64,000 bases of DNA from Octopus sinensis (GCF_006345805.1 NC_043000.1:141236001-141300000), one strand, 5' to 3'. Counted from the first letter of the stretch, positions 14,082 to 26,579 are shown. The notes: a model not told the origin generated them from the letters alone. Numbers and translations are program-made.

Positions 14082-14305
14082 CTAACGTCTATTTTCCATG
14101 CTAGCAATGGGTTGGATGGTTCGACCAGGGTGTGGGAAGCCAGGAGGCTGCACCAGGCTCTAGTCTAATCTGGCAGCTGGATGCCCTGCCCTTCCTAATA
14201 CCAACCACTCTGTGAGTGTAGCGGGTGCTTTTTACGTGCCAGTGGCACAGGGGCCAGGGGAGGCTGGCAATGGCCACGATCGGTTGGTGCTTTTTACGTG
14301 CCACC
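14043..14305 (-). mobile_element. RTE LINE 3' UTR fragment with (GAT)n tail
   Basis: Matches the 3' end of 19900-20162. Confidence 0.85.
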
Positions 14306-15284
14306 GAACTGTTTAAATTGCTCCTTATTTCACAAGAATGCCAAATACACATGAACACACACTCTCATGCATACACATGCACACAATCACACACACACAC
14401 ACACACTTTTACTCACAGATAAATTTATGTTTTGCATACAATGCAACCTAACTTAGAACATCTTTCTTTTCACTTACTGAAAAATAAATTTATAAACAGC
14501 TGTTAAATTACTAATGCTGTCCCCAGTCACTGCATAATGTACCAGTTTTTATAGCTAGATTGGGTAATCTCATCTTAGGAATACTATACTTGAAAGAAAA
14601 TTTGTGATGGTCACAAATGGAACACTTTTAATCAAAGCTTTTGCTTTGTCAGTGTATCCTGGAGCTAAGACCAAAGTAAATAAACTGATAAACAAATAAA
14701 ATTCAAAAACAATAATATACAAAAATAGCTTGCCTTAAACATACTTTTTATTTCTAACCTAATGGGGATAAGAAGAATTTGAAGCTACAATGTAAATGCT
14801 TTATTTATAAAAAGTTTGCAAAATGAAATAAATTCTTTCTGAAAAATGGTTCTCCCGAAACACTAGACTTCTTTTCCTCACAGCAAAATAATTCATTCCA
14901 ATTTATGAATTTCTTGTATTTCCTTTTTGCTGGCACAAACAATAGATAACTTCTTTAGAATTTTATTGTTTCACTTTGATACTTACATAGATTACATAAA
15001 AAAATTAAAGGTGTTTTTTACAACAGTAAAGTCGCTATTTTCCAGATGTATGTATAGTTGACTATATAAGAAGTTCACTTTGGAATCATGAGATCCTGGG
15101 TTCGATCCTACTTCATAGCATCTTAGACAAGTGCTCTTCTATTATAGACTCAATCCATCAAAGCCTTGGGTAACTATATAAAACAACTGAATACTCATTG
15201 TAAAAATTGATGTATAACCCAGTACCAAAATTGCTAATGAAATAACTACTACATGATAGCATAAATAAATAATAAATGCATATT

Positions 15285-15500
15285 TTTAAAGCCAAGCCAG
15301 GCTCATGGGCCCAGTTTCCCGGTTTCTATGGCGTATGTGTTCCCCAGCTGGAAATGACTCATTTTTGCTAATTGGATTGGAGCAACGTGAAATGAAATGT
15401 TTTGCCCAAGAACACAACGCGTCGCCCAGTCCAGGAATCGAAACCACAATCTTTCGACCATGGTGCTGACACCCTAACCACTAAGCCATGCTCCTCCACA
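15285..15500 (-). mobile_element. SINE family D
   Basis: Reverse complement of 5827-6072. Confidence 0.85.
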
Positions 15501-16109
15501 CATGATAACATAACAGCTTCACAAATCTTATCATAAATATTGTGATCATTTTCCTTATCATGTCTAATATCAAAAAAATCAGACTTGTTTTGTTACATAA
15601 TAACAAATAATGTATATAGACACTCAACCTAAGACATTCCAGTTAAACCTACCCAAGATTATACTATACTGATTAAGCAAAAGAAAAAGACAGAAGGATG
15701 CATTCAATAATGAAGTCTGTAAGGCAGCCTGTAAAAGAAGGTGGGGTTTCCATGGTTGGAATGTCTTTGATCATAGGTCAACTTGTTCAGAGACACATTG
15801 ATGTTAGACAACAGCGACAATAACAAAAATATCAATTGAGCCAACAAAAGAACACCAAAAGAACATTAAGGCATCTTCTATGTAGTCAGTTGACCAGTTA
15901 GAAATAACAACTAAGTTTTCATTAAATCCTATCCAGTCATCTTACAAAAGAAGGACACAGTGGATAATTTTGTCCTGGATCTACTGTGTTCGAGAAAAAC
16001 AAAATAAGTTGGTCATAAATAGATTGTAATTTTTTATAGGTTTGCTTGAATGAGGGCTAGCAGGGAGTAGAGAAGCTGAGTGAGGGTTCAACAACTAAAC
16101 AGTAAAGGG

Positions 16110-16685
16110 TAAAGACTCCTCTTGGTCATGAATAACCATGGGATTGTACCTAGAGAGTTCCCCTCTGAGGCACAAGTTCAGGTAAGATTATTTGTTGCCC
16201 ATGCATACCAGCCGCCCCTCTCATGCCACCACTGTTGTCCAAGGGAAAGGAAAAGGCCAGTTCAGCTTGGCACCCCAGCAAAAAATACCACATTTATCAC
16301 TACTACTCTGCATCACAGCCACCACATCATTCATTAATACTATCATAGTTATCTGGCAGTTCTTCCCTTATTTTATTTATGCACCCTTTTCAAGCCTAGC
16401 CAGGCTCATGGGCCAAGTTTCTCAGTTTCTATGGTGTATGTGTTCCTCCCATCTGGACGGGACACCAGTCCATCACAGCATTAGTCAAGAAACAGGAGGA
16501 AAGAGTGAGAGAAAGTTGGGGGTGAAAGACTACAACAGGGGTCGCCCCACCAACCCTGCTAGAGCCTCGGGGAGCTTTAGGTGTTTTCGCTCAAGAAACA
16601 CACACAACACCCGGTCGGGGAATCGAAACCCCGATCCTCCGACTACGAGTTCACTGCCCTAACCACTGGGCCATTGCGCCTCCAC
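16110..16685 (-). mobile_element. Partial F-family SINE tail (16110-16275) and D/E hybrid SINE (16385-16685)
   Basis: Segmental matches to 8636-8970, 5827-6072 and 9865-10030. Confidence 0.75.
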
Positions 16686-16967
16686 CTTCCCCAATTACCC
16701 TTCAGCATTTTGCTCTTCCTTACCTGTGGACCTTGTAACTTCAGGCATCATCATAATCATCCTTGCCATTCTTCTTTGTCTTGTTTATTTTAATCTCACT
16801 TTGTTTCATTTTTATCTCACTTACAAAGAAACATATCTCAATGTATCGCTGCTGCCATCGCTGCTGCTGTTACTATTACTACTACTACTTACTTCACTAG
16901 TACCAAATGCCACTACAACTAATGCCAACAACACCACCACTTACATTAACATCATCACTAATACTAT

Positions 16968-17242
16968 AGGTGTGGGAGTGGCTGTGTGGTAAGTAGCTTG
17001 TTTACAAACCACATGGTTCTGGTTCAGTCCCACTGTGTGGAACTTTGGGCAAGTGTCTTCTATTATAGCCTCGGGCCGACCAAAGCCTTGTGAGTGGATT
17101 TGGTTGACGGAAACTGAAAGAAGCCCATAAAGACACAAGCATTGGTTGTCAAGTAATGTTGAGGGGACAAACACAAACACACAAACATATACACACACAC
17201 ATACATACATATATATATATGTATGTGTGTTTGTATATGTTT

Positions 17243-17276
<34 letters not shown>

Positions 17277-17492
17277 ATATGTTTTGTGTCTGTGTTTGTC
17301 CCCCCAACATCGCTTGACAACCAATGCTGGTGTCTTTATGTCCTCTAACTTAGTGGTTTGGCAAAAGAGACCAATAGAATAAGTACTAGGCTTACAAATG
17401 ATAAGTCCTGGGGTTTATTTGCTTGACTAAAGGTGATGCTCCCGCATGGCCACAGTCAAATGACTGAAACAAGTAAGAGAGTAAAAAGAGTA
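16968..17492 (+). mobile_element. SINE family AB
   Basis: Full head, TA/TG tract, 3' module and AAGAGTA tail. Confidence 0.9.
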
Positions 17493-18070
17493 ATACCACT
17501 ATTACCATCACTAGCACTGGTATCACCACCAAAAGAACCATAAGATCTATCAAATCCACCAAAACCAGTAGCAAACCAACAAAACCATCCACATCGCTAC
17601 CAAATCCACCAGCACCACCACAATCACCACCACTGCCGCTGCCATCACCACCACCATCACCACCACCAACATCACCACCACCATCATTGAAAATTGTGAC
17701 AGCAACAATGAGAGCTTTCCAGCTGTTCACCATCACAACCATCAGGAAAGACAACAGCTACCAGCAGCAACAATTATTCACCTGTCCACTACCACTACCA
17801 CCACCACCACCACCACTATGGTATCAACTATCACAAGCACTACCACATCAACTCCACTACCACCGCCACCACGACGGCCACCACCACCATGACCACCAAC
17901 GCCACCAACAACATATACAATAACAACAAACTAATAAGTAGATCTACTTGTCTTCTATTTACCATATTTGAGTTTCCAATGGCATCTCCAGCAGAAGAAA
18001 CAACAACAATAATGGTAAACAATAGCAGAATAATAGTATTAATAGCATTATCACTATCATCCTCAACATT
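17493..18070. repeat. Degenerate (ACC/ATC/AAC)n trinucleotide region
   Basis: Directly visible. Confidence 0.85.
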
Positions 18071-18305
18071 ATCAGCAGCTGTAACAAAAGGGGTGAAATA
18101 TCCCTTCCCACACCACCCAAATCATTATTAAATGTTCTTTGAAATGTACTGAAAACCTGATTCCATTCTGTCTGCTGCAAGAAATGAGAAATAAACATTG
18201 AATACAAGTTTACTTAGATGTCATAATAGTCACCTATTGTTGCCTGATTCTGTGGCATAATTATCTTCATCATTATGAAATAACATTGGCTGCACACAGC
18301 AAGCG

Positions 18306-18433
18306 AGTTACCTTAGTGGAAGCAACGAAACAAAGCCTTTCTATTGCTCAGTTCCTGACGACGTCCAGATAATCTTCAGAAAGGTCAACATCTTCACAAT
18401 CAGCTCTGTTCAGAATAAACCTCATACACTTTT
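18306..18433 (-). CDS. Weak candidate exon encoding ...KCMRFILNRADCEDVDLSEDYLDVVRN*
   Basis: tttattcattcag| acceptor, protein-like frame ending in TGA, and AAG|gtaact donor downstream; no recognised homolog. Confidence 0.25.
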
Positions 18434-18682
18434 CTGAATGAATAAATGATTGGAAAAGATCTTTAATTAATTTCTTCAAAATCATATATATATATATATA
18501 TCAACATATATATATACATATATACATATATATGTATATGTATATATATGTACATATATATATGTATTTATATATACACATATATATGTATGTATACATA
18601 TTTATATAAGTGTATTTGTATGTATACATATATACATAGCAAAATATGTGTGTATATATTATATATATTTATGTATGATTTG

Positions 18683-18721
<39 letters not shown>

Positions 18722-19106
18722 AATCATTTACACACAAAAACAAACATCTGTGTCAATATTGATATAGCTATATTGATATCAAACCCATATATTCATAAAC
18801 ATACATGGAGAAAGACACACACATAAACACAAATGCATTCAACAATCAAAAACACTATTTTTCCCTCTGTCTCTCATCTCTTTTTCACATGAACATATCC
18901 AAAATAACATATATACTAACATGTTCCTATACACACTGATATACGGACACAATGACACACGTTCATATTAATACCTAAACACAAATATAGAATAATTGGA
19001 TATAATATGTATAATATATATATTTCTGTATACATACATATCTATTTATTTTTCTATCTAACTACATATATGTGTGTGTATGTATATATAAATATATTTA
19101 TATATA

Positions 19107-19172
<66 letters not shown>

Positions 19173-19174
<2 letters not shown>

Positions 19175-20162
19175 CAGAAACTCTCAACTACTTCTAGTTT
19201 CTCCCCCTGGAGTGTGATGGAATCTGTTTTCTGAGTATCTGTGGTGTCTATTGCCCCTGTGCATCTGCTGCACATGAAATCTACCTCCTTGGTTAGTTTT
19301 CCTTTGATGTTGCTGCATCTCTTTTGCATCCATAGCTTACACTGGGTACATCTTATGGAGTTTCTACATACACCTTTTCTACAGATCAAGCAGGGCCAAC
19401 TTCATGAGGGGGCTTTTGATGAGTTCACCTGGTCATGTACTACAGATGGATGAGGAGAGCTGTGTGAAGAAGTGCCACTCTCAAACAGTAGAAGGAATCC
19501 GGGGTAGAAGTAGACTCAGGAAGACACAGGATGAGGTGGTCAAGCATGACTTTCAAACGTTGGGCCTCACAGAGGCAATGATGAAAGACTGAGACCTCTG
19601 GAGATATGCTGTGACTGCGAAGACCCAACAAATAACGTGATTTCATGGCTGTTTCCTCCACCAGCTTCACATTGCAGCCTCCGCCCATACAAAGTACCTT
19701 GGTTCACAGGACAGACTGCTGTCCTTACCTTGGATAATAGGGTGACCTGCTGTGCTTGAGGAGACCTATTGAGTCAAGTACATCAACATCAAAATAAGAA
19801 TCAAATGGAAATTGTAGTAGAGATACCCTTGCCGGTGGCATATAAAAAGCACCATCTGAACGTGGCCAATGCCAGCACCACCTTGACTGGCTTCTGTACT
19901 GGTGGCACGTAAAAAGCACCAAACGATCGTGACCGTTGCCAGCCTCCCCTGGTACCTGTGCCAGTGGCATGTAAAAAGCACCCACTACACTCACGGAGTG
20001 GTTGGCATTAGGAAAGGCATCCTGCTGTAGAAACACTGCCAGATCAGACTGGAGCCTGGTGCAGCCTCCTGGCTTCCTAGGCCCCGGTGAAATTGTCCAA
20101 CCCATGCTAGCAGGGAAATCGGACGTTAAACGATGATGATGATGATGATGATGATGATGATA
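19173..20162 (+). mobile_element. RTE LINE with inverted 5' segment (19173-19428 on -, 19429-20162 on +)
   Basis: Minus part encodes CRKGVCRNSIRCTQCKLW...GEKLEVVESFCY. Plus part encodes GHVLQMDEESCVKKC...GRSRLRKTQDEVVKHDF, then UTR and (GAT)n tail. Confidence 0.85.
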
Positions 20163-20883
20163 TATATATGATGCCTCACTGTAGCCATAGTCAAGTAGCT
20201 GAAGCTAGTAAAGTAATAAAACAATAATAATATGATATTCAGTCAAATTCGCATAAATATAAACACACACATACATACACAACCACTCTCATTCTCTCTC
20301 TCTCTCTTTAGTTTTTCATAAATGTGTGAATATATAAATATGTGTTTGTGTGTGTGTGTTTTTGGGTGTATGTATGTATATATATATATATATACACCCA
20401 TGCTAGTGCGGAAAACGGACGTTAAACGATGATGATGATATATGTATGTATGTATGTGTACATGAATACATGAAGGCATAGAAAGACATATATATATATA
20501 TATTATATATATATATATATATGAGATAGTTAGAGAGACAGAGAGAGAGTGAGAGAGAGAGAGGTATAGACATAATATTTTCTTCTCTGGTAGTTTTTTT
20601 CAACGAAAAATAGATATACTGAAACAAATACAGAAGTGCACGCACACACACTCTCTCACACACACACACAGAAACACAGACAGACACACATACATAAATA
20701 TATATGCCGTTGTATACACACTTGATGTCAGTTTCTCGTGAGCAAATGTATGAATGCTTGAGAAGCTTATCACATCAGCTGACATGAACTGATATTGAGG
20801 AAGTCTATAGAAGATGACACTGGTTATGGTTTGCAATTATATCGCAACCATATGTGGGCCTTTCAATTTATGACGAACCAGGA

Positions 20884-21222
20884 ATGGAGACCCCCTTCAG
20901 TCACGAATGACCATGGGATTGCACCTAGAAAGTTACCCTCCAAGGCACAAGTCTGGGCAAGGTTGTTTATGGAAGACCAGCAGTCGCCCATGCATACCGG
21001 TCTCCCCTCTCCATGCTACCAGTGTTATCCAAGGGAAAGGCAAAGGGGCCGATACAGCTTGGCACCAGTGATGTTGCTGCTCATTTCTGCAGCTGATTGA
21101 ACTGGAGCAACGTGAAATAAAGTGTCTTGCTCAAGAACACAACATGCAGCCCGGTCCAGGATTTGAACTCACAACCTCACAGTTGTAAGCTCAATGCTCT
21201 AACCACTGAGCCATGCGCCTTC
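20884..21222 (-). mobile_element. SINE family F
   Basis: Homologous to 8636-8970. Confidence 0.85.
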
Positions 21223-21517
21223 ACTAGATATGACGAACCATTCAGTGGATATTTTAACTTTTTGTCCTGTCACACAAAACTACCTTTACAATGTTATTAC
21301 TTCAAGCTCTCAATGAAGTGATTATATCACATCATATCGCGTTTGTACTGTCCCCAACATCTAGGGTCCTTGTGGCCAATGAAATAAATCATTGTTATTG
21401 TATCAAACGATGTAGACTACTACTACTACTACTATTTACTATTTTACTAACTGAAGAGTTATTCTTGCAGCAGAGATAAAATAATACACATCTTTCTTGA
21501 ATAACATTGAGTTCAAA

Positions 21518-21951
21518 TACTCTTACTCTTTACGCTTTTACTCTTTTACTTGTTTCAGTCATTTGACTGCAGCCATGCTGGAGCACCGCCTTTCAATCGA
21601 GCAACTCGACCCCCGGGACTTATTCTTTGTAAGCCCAGTACTTATTCTATCGGTCTCTTTTGCCGAACCGCTAAGGAACGGAGACATAAACACACCAGCA
21701 TCGGTTGTCAAGCAATGCTAGGGGGACAAACACAGACACACAAACACACACACCCATACACAAACACACATATATATATATACATATATACGACGGGCTT
21801 CTTTCAGTTTCTGCCTACCAAATCCACTCACAAGGCTTTGGTCGGCCCGAGGCTATAGTAGAAGACACTTGCCCAAGGTGCCACGCAGTGGGACTGAACC
21901 CGGAACTATGTGGTTGGTAAACAAGCTACTTACCACACAGCCACTCCTGCA
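21518..21951 (-). mobile_element. SINE family AB
   Basis: Reverse complement of the AB consensus. Confidence 0.9.
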
Positions 21952-22124
21952 CCTGGTAAACAAAAATACCTTGCATTATTGATTCTGTTTCTTTAGCTTA
22001 TAAGTTCAAATCCCACCATTACTGTCCATTTTGCTAGTATTGTTAAAATATGTGCTAGTCAAAGGATTGATATGATTTTTTTGTTCCCTTCTGCAAAAAT
22101 TTCTGAACTAGTGCTGGAGTTAAA

Positions 22125-22581
22125 AATTGTAATTATTATTATTGAGTGAGAGAGCAGGGCATGCTATCAAAGTGACACTGGGGTAAAATACACAAAGCCC
22201 AGTATACCCATCATGACTACCCGTCTGATAAGGGTACACTAGGCACATGCTTCACAACCATATGCGAGCGACATGGTGATCTCATATCAAGATAAACAGC
22301 ACATGACCTTGCAGGTGGAGCCCAGTTAGAATTTTCTTTGAGTAACCCATCCCGCTCAAAAGGTCCCTGAATAAGAGTTGTTTAAGGATGTTGAACGAAA
22401 CACCTATGTTTCCAGAGGTGAATTATCAAAACCCCAAAGAATTCCTCTCAACACATGGCGATGATGCTCCTCGACTACTTCTGCTCATGATCAGAGATGT
22501 GCAGATTGTCAGCCACTAAGGGACATGCTCAACTGGTTAAGGTCAAGCAACTGACAAGCAAATCTGTGGTATTGAGCAGAA
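22125..22581. repeat. Probable interspersed repeat of unknown class
   Basis: More GC-rich, sharply bounded block without ORF homology. It resembles a common octopus repeat as I recall it, but it is single-copy here and needs a search. Confidence 0.45.
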
Positions 22582-22610
22582 TTTTTATTATTATTATTAT
22601 TATTATTATT

Positions 22611-22948
22611 GCCTTTGCACAGCTTCTAACACTGGACATGTACTAGAGTGTCAGCTGTTCACTACCAGTGAACTAAGGTAACACCTTATTTTTCAAGTAC
22701 CTTCCGGAGTATTCGAGCGGTTCCAAGCAATGCTGTTTTCTTCAAGTGCTCCACCCTTATTGAAGCCCCTATTTGTTCCACGTACTTCTCGAGATTTTTG
22801 CTCACTGTTCCCAGGGCTCCTACAATTATTGGTACTACTGCTACCTTTTTCATCGACCACAACAGCTTAACTTCCCAAGCTAACCTGTCATATCTCTCAA
22901 CTTTTCTTTCTTCCTTATCACATACCTTGTTGTCAGCTAGGAATACTA
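22611..22948 (-). mobile_element. 3' end of R4/Dong-like RLE non-LTR retrotransposon, flanked by (TAA)n
   Basis: Open frame DKEERKVERYDRLAWEVKLLWSMKKVAVVPIIVGALGTVSKNLEKY...LKKTALLGTARILRKVLEK* (stop 22686-22688); short UTR runs into (AAT)n. Confidence 0.85.
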
Positions 22949-22949
22949 T

Positions 22950-22974
22950 ATTATCATCATCATCATCATCATCA

Positions 22975-23062
<88 letters not shown>
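22950..23062. repeat. (TCA)n + (TTA)n microsatellite
   Basis: Directly visible. Confidence 0.97.
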
Positions 23063-23064
<2 letters not shown>

Positions 23065-23488
23065 TGTATTCAAAGGTGGTGAGCTGGCAGAATCATTAGC
23101 ATATTGGCCAAAATGCTTCGCAGAATTTCATCAGTCTTTATGTCCTGAATCATTAGCAGTAGTGTTAATGGTTCTCATAATTTTGTTCACGGAACACTAA
23201 GCTGCTTCGTGTATTCTTTAAGTTCTAGCAATACCTGTGAAATGTGATCCTCTGATTTTGGATACAGTGACACGAACGAACCCTTTCTTCCAGCACCTCT
23301 AACACAAATAAATTACTATTGTTCCTCCCCCTCCTTCTCCTCCTCCTCCTCTTCGTCATCGTCGTCATCGTCGTCATCATCATTATCATAATCATCACCA
23401 CTGCAAGCCCTATTTCTCTTCCTTTTACCCCTATCAGGTCTTGATTCCATGATAACTTGCGCATGCTATGTAGAATAGTTGGTATTAA

Positions 23489-23731
23489 GAAAGGCGGTGA
23501 GCTGGCACAAACGTTAGCACGCCGGGCGAAATGATTAGCGGTATTTCGTCTGCATTATGTTGTGAGTTCAAATTCCGCCAAGGTCGACTTTGCCTTTCAT
23601 CCTTTCGGGGTCGATACATTAAGTACCAGTTCCGCGCTGGGGTCAATGTAATCGACTTAATACCTATGTCTGTCCTTGTTTGTCCCCTCTGTGTTTAGAC
23701 CCTTGTGGGTAATAAAGAAATAGGTATTAAG
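23489..23731 (+). mobile_element. SINE family C
   Basis: Near-consensus copy. Confidence 0.9.
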
Positions 23732-24745
23732 AAAGGCATGCAGCTGTAGTAATCAAACAAAAGAAGGAAATTTGTGAGATGTGGCCCTCCAACCTGACTA
23801 GAAGAGTAGTAATGATTTATCAAACCCATGCCAACAGGGAAGGAAATGTAAAATGAGAATGAAGAAGGCATTATGGGCTTCTGTACAGTTTCCATCTTAA
23901 AATTTCACTTACAAGGAATCGGTCAGCCTGAGATAACAGTAGACAACACTTACCACAGGCACTACACAGTGGTTTAGATCCCAGAACCGTGTGGTTATGA
24001 AGAAAACTTAATTGCTATACAGATATGCTTGTGCTTGACTCACACATATTCACACACACACATGCACATAAACATACATTCACACCAACGCAGAAGTACA
24101 TACGTATGTGTATATACAAACATGCACATACACATAAACATACAAATCCGCACATACACACACACATACACAGGCTCACACACACAGGCTCACACACATG
24201 CAAATACACAAAACCCTATTCCAAAGAATACACATGATGATATCAAGAGAATGGACAGTGAACGCTTTGGATCAATATTCTATAAAGCAGCCCCTTTCCT
24301 TATTATTGCTATTGTTACTATTAAATTTCCTATCAACGTCTCTGGATGTTATTCTCAAACTGTTTTCAAAATTACAAATGATTTTTATTAAGCAATTTGA
24401 AAATCTTGCATGAGGGATTGAAATTCCTATCTTTCATATCTATTACAAAGTTTGGTATTGAAGAAAAATATTGCATCTTATTTGTTATTCCTTATATCTG
24501 GAAAGTTATATTGATTTAATATTGACATGCACAATATAGTTCTTCAAATATGCTCCAAGATTTGTTTGCATTCATTTGTCACTACCAAGCATTATTGAAT
24601 GTAGATCCATACCAGGAAGCTGAAGAATAACTGAACTACATCGACCCCAGTGCATAACTGGTACTTAATTTATCGACCCCGAAGAGTTATTCTTCCAGCA
24701 GAGATAAAATAATACACATCTTTCTTGAATAACATTGAGTTCAAA

Positions 24746-25153
24746 TACTCTTACTCTTTACTCTTTTACTCTTTTACTTGTTTCAGTCATTTGACTGTGG
24801 CCATGCTGGAGCACTGCCTTTAATCGAGCAACTCGACCCCGGCACTTATTCTTTTGTAAGCCCAGTACTTATTCTATCAGTCTCTTTTGCCGAACCGCTA
24901 AGTAACGGGGACATAAACACACCAGCATTGGTTGTCAAACAATGCTAGGGGGACAAACACAGACACACAAACGCACATATATATATATATACGATGGGCT
25001 TCTTTCAGTTTCCGTCTACCAAATCCACTCACAAGGCTTTGGTCGGCCCGAGGCTATAGTAGAAGACACTTGCCAAAGGTGCCATGCAGTGGAACTGAAC
25101 CCGGAACCATGTGGTTGGTAAACAAGCTACTTACCACACAGCCACTCCTGTGC
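24746..25153 (-). mobile_element. SINE family AB
   Basis: Reverse complement of the AB consensus; shares 65 bp of 3' flank with the 21518 copy. Confidence 0.9.
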
Positions 25154-25477
25154 CTATCAGGAGCATTTTATTCTTTTATATATTGAGAACCACTATATCC
25201 AATAATTTCTTCTTTATTTAAAATGGCATGATGTATTTTTAGGGTGTTTGGTTACTATTTCTGCTACATAGAAACTTTCACTTAGACTTTGGCAGACATT
25301 CCATATTTATTCCATAGCATTTCTGGAATAGGACAATAAGTTAAATTCTAAGGAACCCTTCTTTTCTGGGTTGGTAAATCATATACTTTCCTGAAAAATA
25401 ATTGTTTCAAAAATTGGCACAATGCCAAAATTAAAAAAAAAAATTAAAAGAGTCAGCATTTGAACATAAAATGTAAT

Positions 25478-25626
25478 GCATTATTTACATTATTTACATT
25501 TGACAGATATTTGTCCTCATTTTGTTTCTTGTTAACAGAATGTTTCGGCTGATATACCCTCCAGCCTTCATCAGGTGTCTTGAGGAAATTTTGAACCTTG
25601 ATTCTCATTCCTAAGGTATTTTTCGA

Positions 25627-25659
<33 letters not shown>

Positions 25660-25735
25660 TGTTATTCAGGTCACTGCCTGGAATCGAACTCGGAATCTTG
25701 GGGATTGTAGCCTGTCCTCTTAACCACTATGGCAT
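25478..25735 (-). mobile_element. tRNA-headed SINE family H (head-(TAA)n-hammerhead core-TGTAAATAA tail), left copy
   Basis: Reverse complement matches 25736-25810 plus 26300-26450. Confidence 0.85.
25535..25578 (-). ncRNA. Decayed minimal type I hammerhead ribozyme motif
   Basis: Minus strand ACAC CTGATGA A GGCTG-loop-CAGCC GAAAC ATT CTGT; core and stem II intact, stem III and stem I mutated. Confidence 0.55.
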
Positions 25736-25817
25736 ATGGCATAGTGGTTAAGATTGCAGGCTACTAACCCCAAGATTCCAAGTTCGATTCCAGGCAGTGA
25801 AATGAATACTAATATTG

Positions 25818-25887
<70 letters not shown>

Positions 25888-25910
25888 TGATAATAATAAT
25901 AATAATGATA

Positions 25911-25943
<33 letters not shown>

Positions 25944-25951
25944 TGATGATG

Positions 25952-25990
<39 letters not shown>

Positions 25991-26259
25991 TATGAGAATG
26001 ATCCCTGGCTTACCATCCCTGCAAGAAGTGCAAAAGATTGTCTTAACTGGTACATCACACGTATTGAGAAGAGCATTGTTGATGTGAGAACTGTTGCTGC
26101 TCATGTATTTTAATTTAACTTTAAAAAAAAAAAAAAAAATGAACGAACTACTGAGTTTGGTTTAATGGCCTACCAATATATACTATGAGTTTCTTTGCCC
26201 TAGGAGTCGGGAAGACACTCGGCAAGAAATGGAAGCAAATTTGAAAGAAGAAAAAAAAA
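25991..26259 (+). mobile_element. Extreme 3' end of an R4/Dong-like RLE element inside (TAA)n
   Basis: Encodes PGLPSLQEVQKIVLTGTSHVLRRALLM*, matching the LQK..LLGTARILRKVL terminus of the other two copies; (TAA)n on both sides. Confidence 0.65.
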
Positions 26260-26348
26260 GTAATAATAATAATAATAATAATAAAAATAATAATAATAAC
26301 ATCAAAACTACCTTAGGAATGAGAATCCAGGTTCGAAATTTCTCCAAG

Positions 26349-26392
26349 ACACCTGATGAAGGCTGGATGGTATATCAGCCAAAACGTTGTGT
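26349..26392 (+). ncRNA. Minimal type I hammerhead ribozyme motif with G12->A core change
   Basis: ACAC CTGATGA A GGCTG gatggtatat CAGCC AAAAC GTT GTGT; stems I and II pair, stem III region is the palindrome AACGTT. Confidence 0.65.
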
Positions 26393-26579
26393 TAACAACA
26401 AACAAGATGAGGACAGATATCTGTCAAATGTAAATAATGTAAATAATGTACATAATTCCTCATCTCCTAAATATTATGGAATGTAATGACCCGGAACAAT
26501 TACAGGAAGGGATTTTGTCCAGCTATTCTGCCAATCTGCCACAGTAACAACAAAAACAACAACAATAATGATAATAATC

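Larger units (their letters stand above)
25736..26450 (+). mobile_element. SINE family H, right copy, interrupted by an R4/Dong-like 3' fragment
   Basis: GGCATAGTGGTTAAG A-box, AGTTCGATTCC B-box, (TAA)n, body at 26300-26450. Confidence 0.85.

Noticed and set aside
25736-25800. Possible tRNA gene (likewise the other SINE heads)
   Set aside because: A/B boxes are present but there is no complete acceptor stem, and each head is fused to a SINE body.
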